NCBI RefSeq assembly: GCF_011386835.1
Contig: NC_088794.1
Coordinates: forward strand, 4,712,001 to 4,776,000
Length of the DNA: 64,000 nucleotides
DNA from: Chrysemys picta bellii
Lineage: Eukaryota
Reading direction: 5' to 3'
Shown here: piece by piece, positions 62,990 through 64,000 of the stretch
Layout: each line of letters starts with the position of its first letter
Position numbering within the stretch: position 1 is the stretch's first letter
Translations under genes and position numbers: made by a program
The notes under the pieces: model-generated
The model's input: the letters and a program-made list of their open reading frames with translations, nothing else
Database searches by the model: none
Told to the model about the DNA's origin: nothing

Positions 62990-64000
62990 AAGATGAGGCT
63001 GGGGCCTTTCCAAAGGTGAAGGGGCCTGAGGTATGATACCCCAAACTGCTCCTAGGTCTGATGACCCATGCCTTGGTGGGGGTCTGTGTGTGCTAGCTCT
63101 GTGCCACTGGTGAGTGGCCCCATCAAATGGAAGAGGTGAGCACAGAATCCACATGTCCAAGATGGTGGGGAGGGTAAAGGAATCTGCTTCGCCTCCCGCT
63201 GAATAGACACAAGGCCCAGAGTGGTCCTTTGTGGCAGCCCTAAGTGAATAATCCACCCAAACCCCTATTTCTGCCGACTGAGCATGAGCTAAAAGCCAAC
63301 GAGCTGTGAAGTTACAGCAGAAATATTTAAAGTGAATCATAAAGAGTAGCATGTCATTGCCTTGAGTAATGAGTTCCCAGAGGCATTTCAAGGTGTCGCC
63401 ATTGGAAGCAACAGTGAAGAGGTAGCTAAGCCATATTGCTTTGGACACATCTTTCAGGCAAACGTTTGGTGCGTGTTGACAGTTAAGCCCAGATTTTTAG
63501 GCATTTCTCCACTCGGCATTACAAGGGCTAAGGGATTTAGGTACACTGCCTTTTCAGGTTCTAAGCAGCCTAAGTCAGACTGAGACTTAGGCATCTAAGT
63601 GTCTAAATCACTTTTGAAAATGGGATTCAGCAATCTAAGTCACTCCGGCCTTGTGATACGGAGTGGAACAGCATCTAAATACCTTTACAAATTCGGTCTT
63701 TAGTCCCTTTAGTGGTTCTGTGCCTCACACTTACAATTAGATGTTTTACCAACAGCTTGTGCTATAGGTTTGAGGCCTTTCTATCTGATACATGGTTCAT
63801 ATCTGGTTCATTCTATCGACACCTTCCTACATAACAAGACATTGCAGGAACTCCTGTGTCAAAATCTTCAGTTGTCTCCTAATGCTCCGGAAGGGGGATC
63901 TTGAGAAGAGTAGCAATGGAGAGTTAGCCCTCTAGGAAATGGTGGGCATGAACAGCCATCGCTCCTAACTAGAGCTGTGTAAATAGATTTTTCAGTTCAC
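62990..64000 (+). pseudogene. Second diverged copy of the L-like decayed coding sequence, interrupted by a small repeat (~63480-63720)
   Basis: Homologous blocks 63305-63420 vs 60790-60905 and 63800-63950 vs 61065-61225, with synonymous-biased differences. Confidence 0.5.

Noticed and set aside
60800-63900. Alternative identities for the duplicated decayed ORF: V2R (QWDF), LRR (LHNKTLQEL), Gypsy integrase (FPEAF) or RT
   Set aside because: Each rests on one short motif, and FPEAF lies off the frame supported by synonymous changes. The L-like reading gives several colinear motifs.

Overview
Vertebrate genomic DNA, most likely turtle, judged from the repeat content (tRNA-derived tortoise-type PolIII SINE with CR1 tail, CR1 LINEs, Penelope ends, hAT/Harbinger MITEs, Gypsy solo LTRs). 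The left 42 kb holds a cluster of three paralogous genes. Each splices a pyrin-domain (PYD) exon via a short phase-1 linker exon onto a giant URGCP/VLIG-type (very large inducible GTPase) exon. Gene A (minus, 20724->12116) is complete, about 1684 aa. Gene B (plus, 30316->41482) is about 1566 aa, head-to-head with A, with a decayed Cys-rich tail. Gene C (minus, 2028->397) runs off the window. All three have an ISRE-like motif just upstream of the PYD exon, suggesting an interferon-inducible, ASC-engaging GTPase family. The right part is a rearranged TE pile (42-58 kb), one intact family-4-like olfactory receptor (58043-58972, minus), and two diverged, decayed copies of a coding-like sequence resembling mononegaviral (borna-like) L polymerase (60.4-64 kb). 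Exon structures were built by eye from splice signals and phase. Protein comparisons are from memory; no database search was run.
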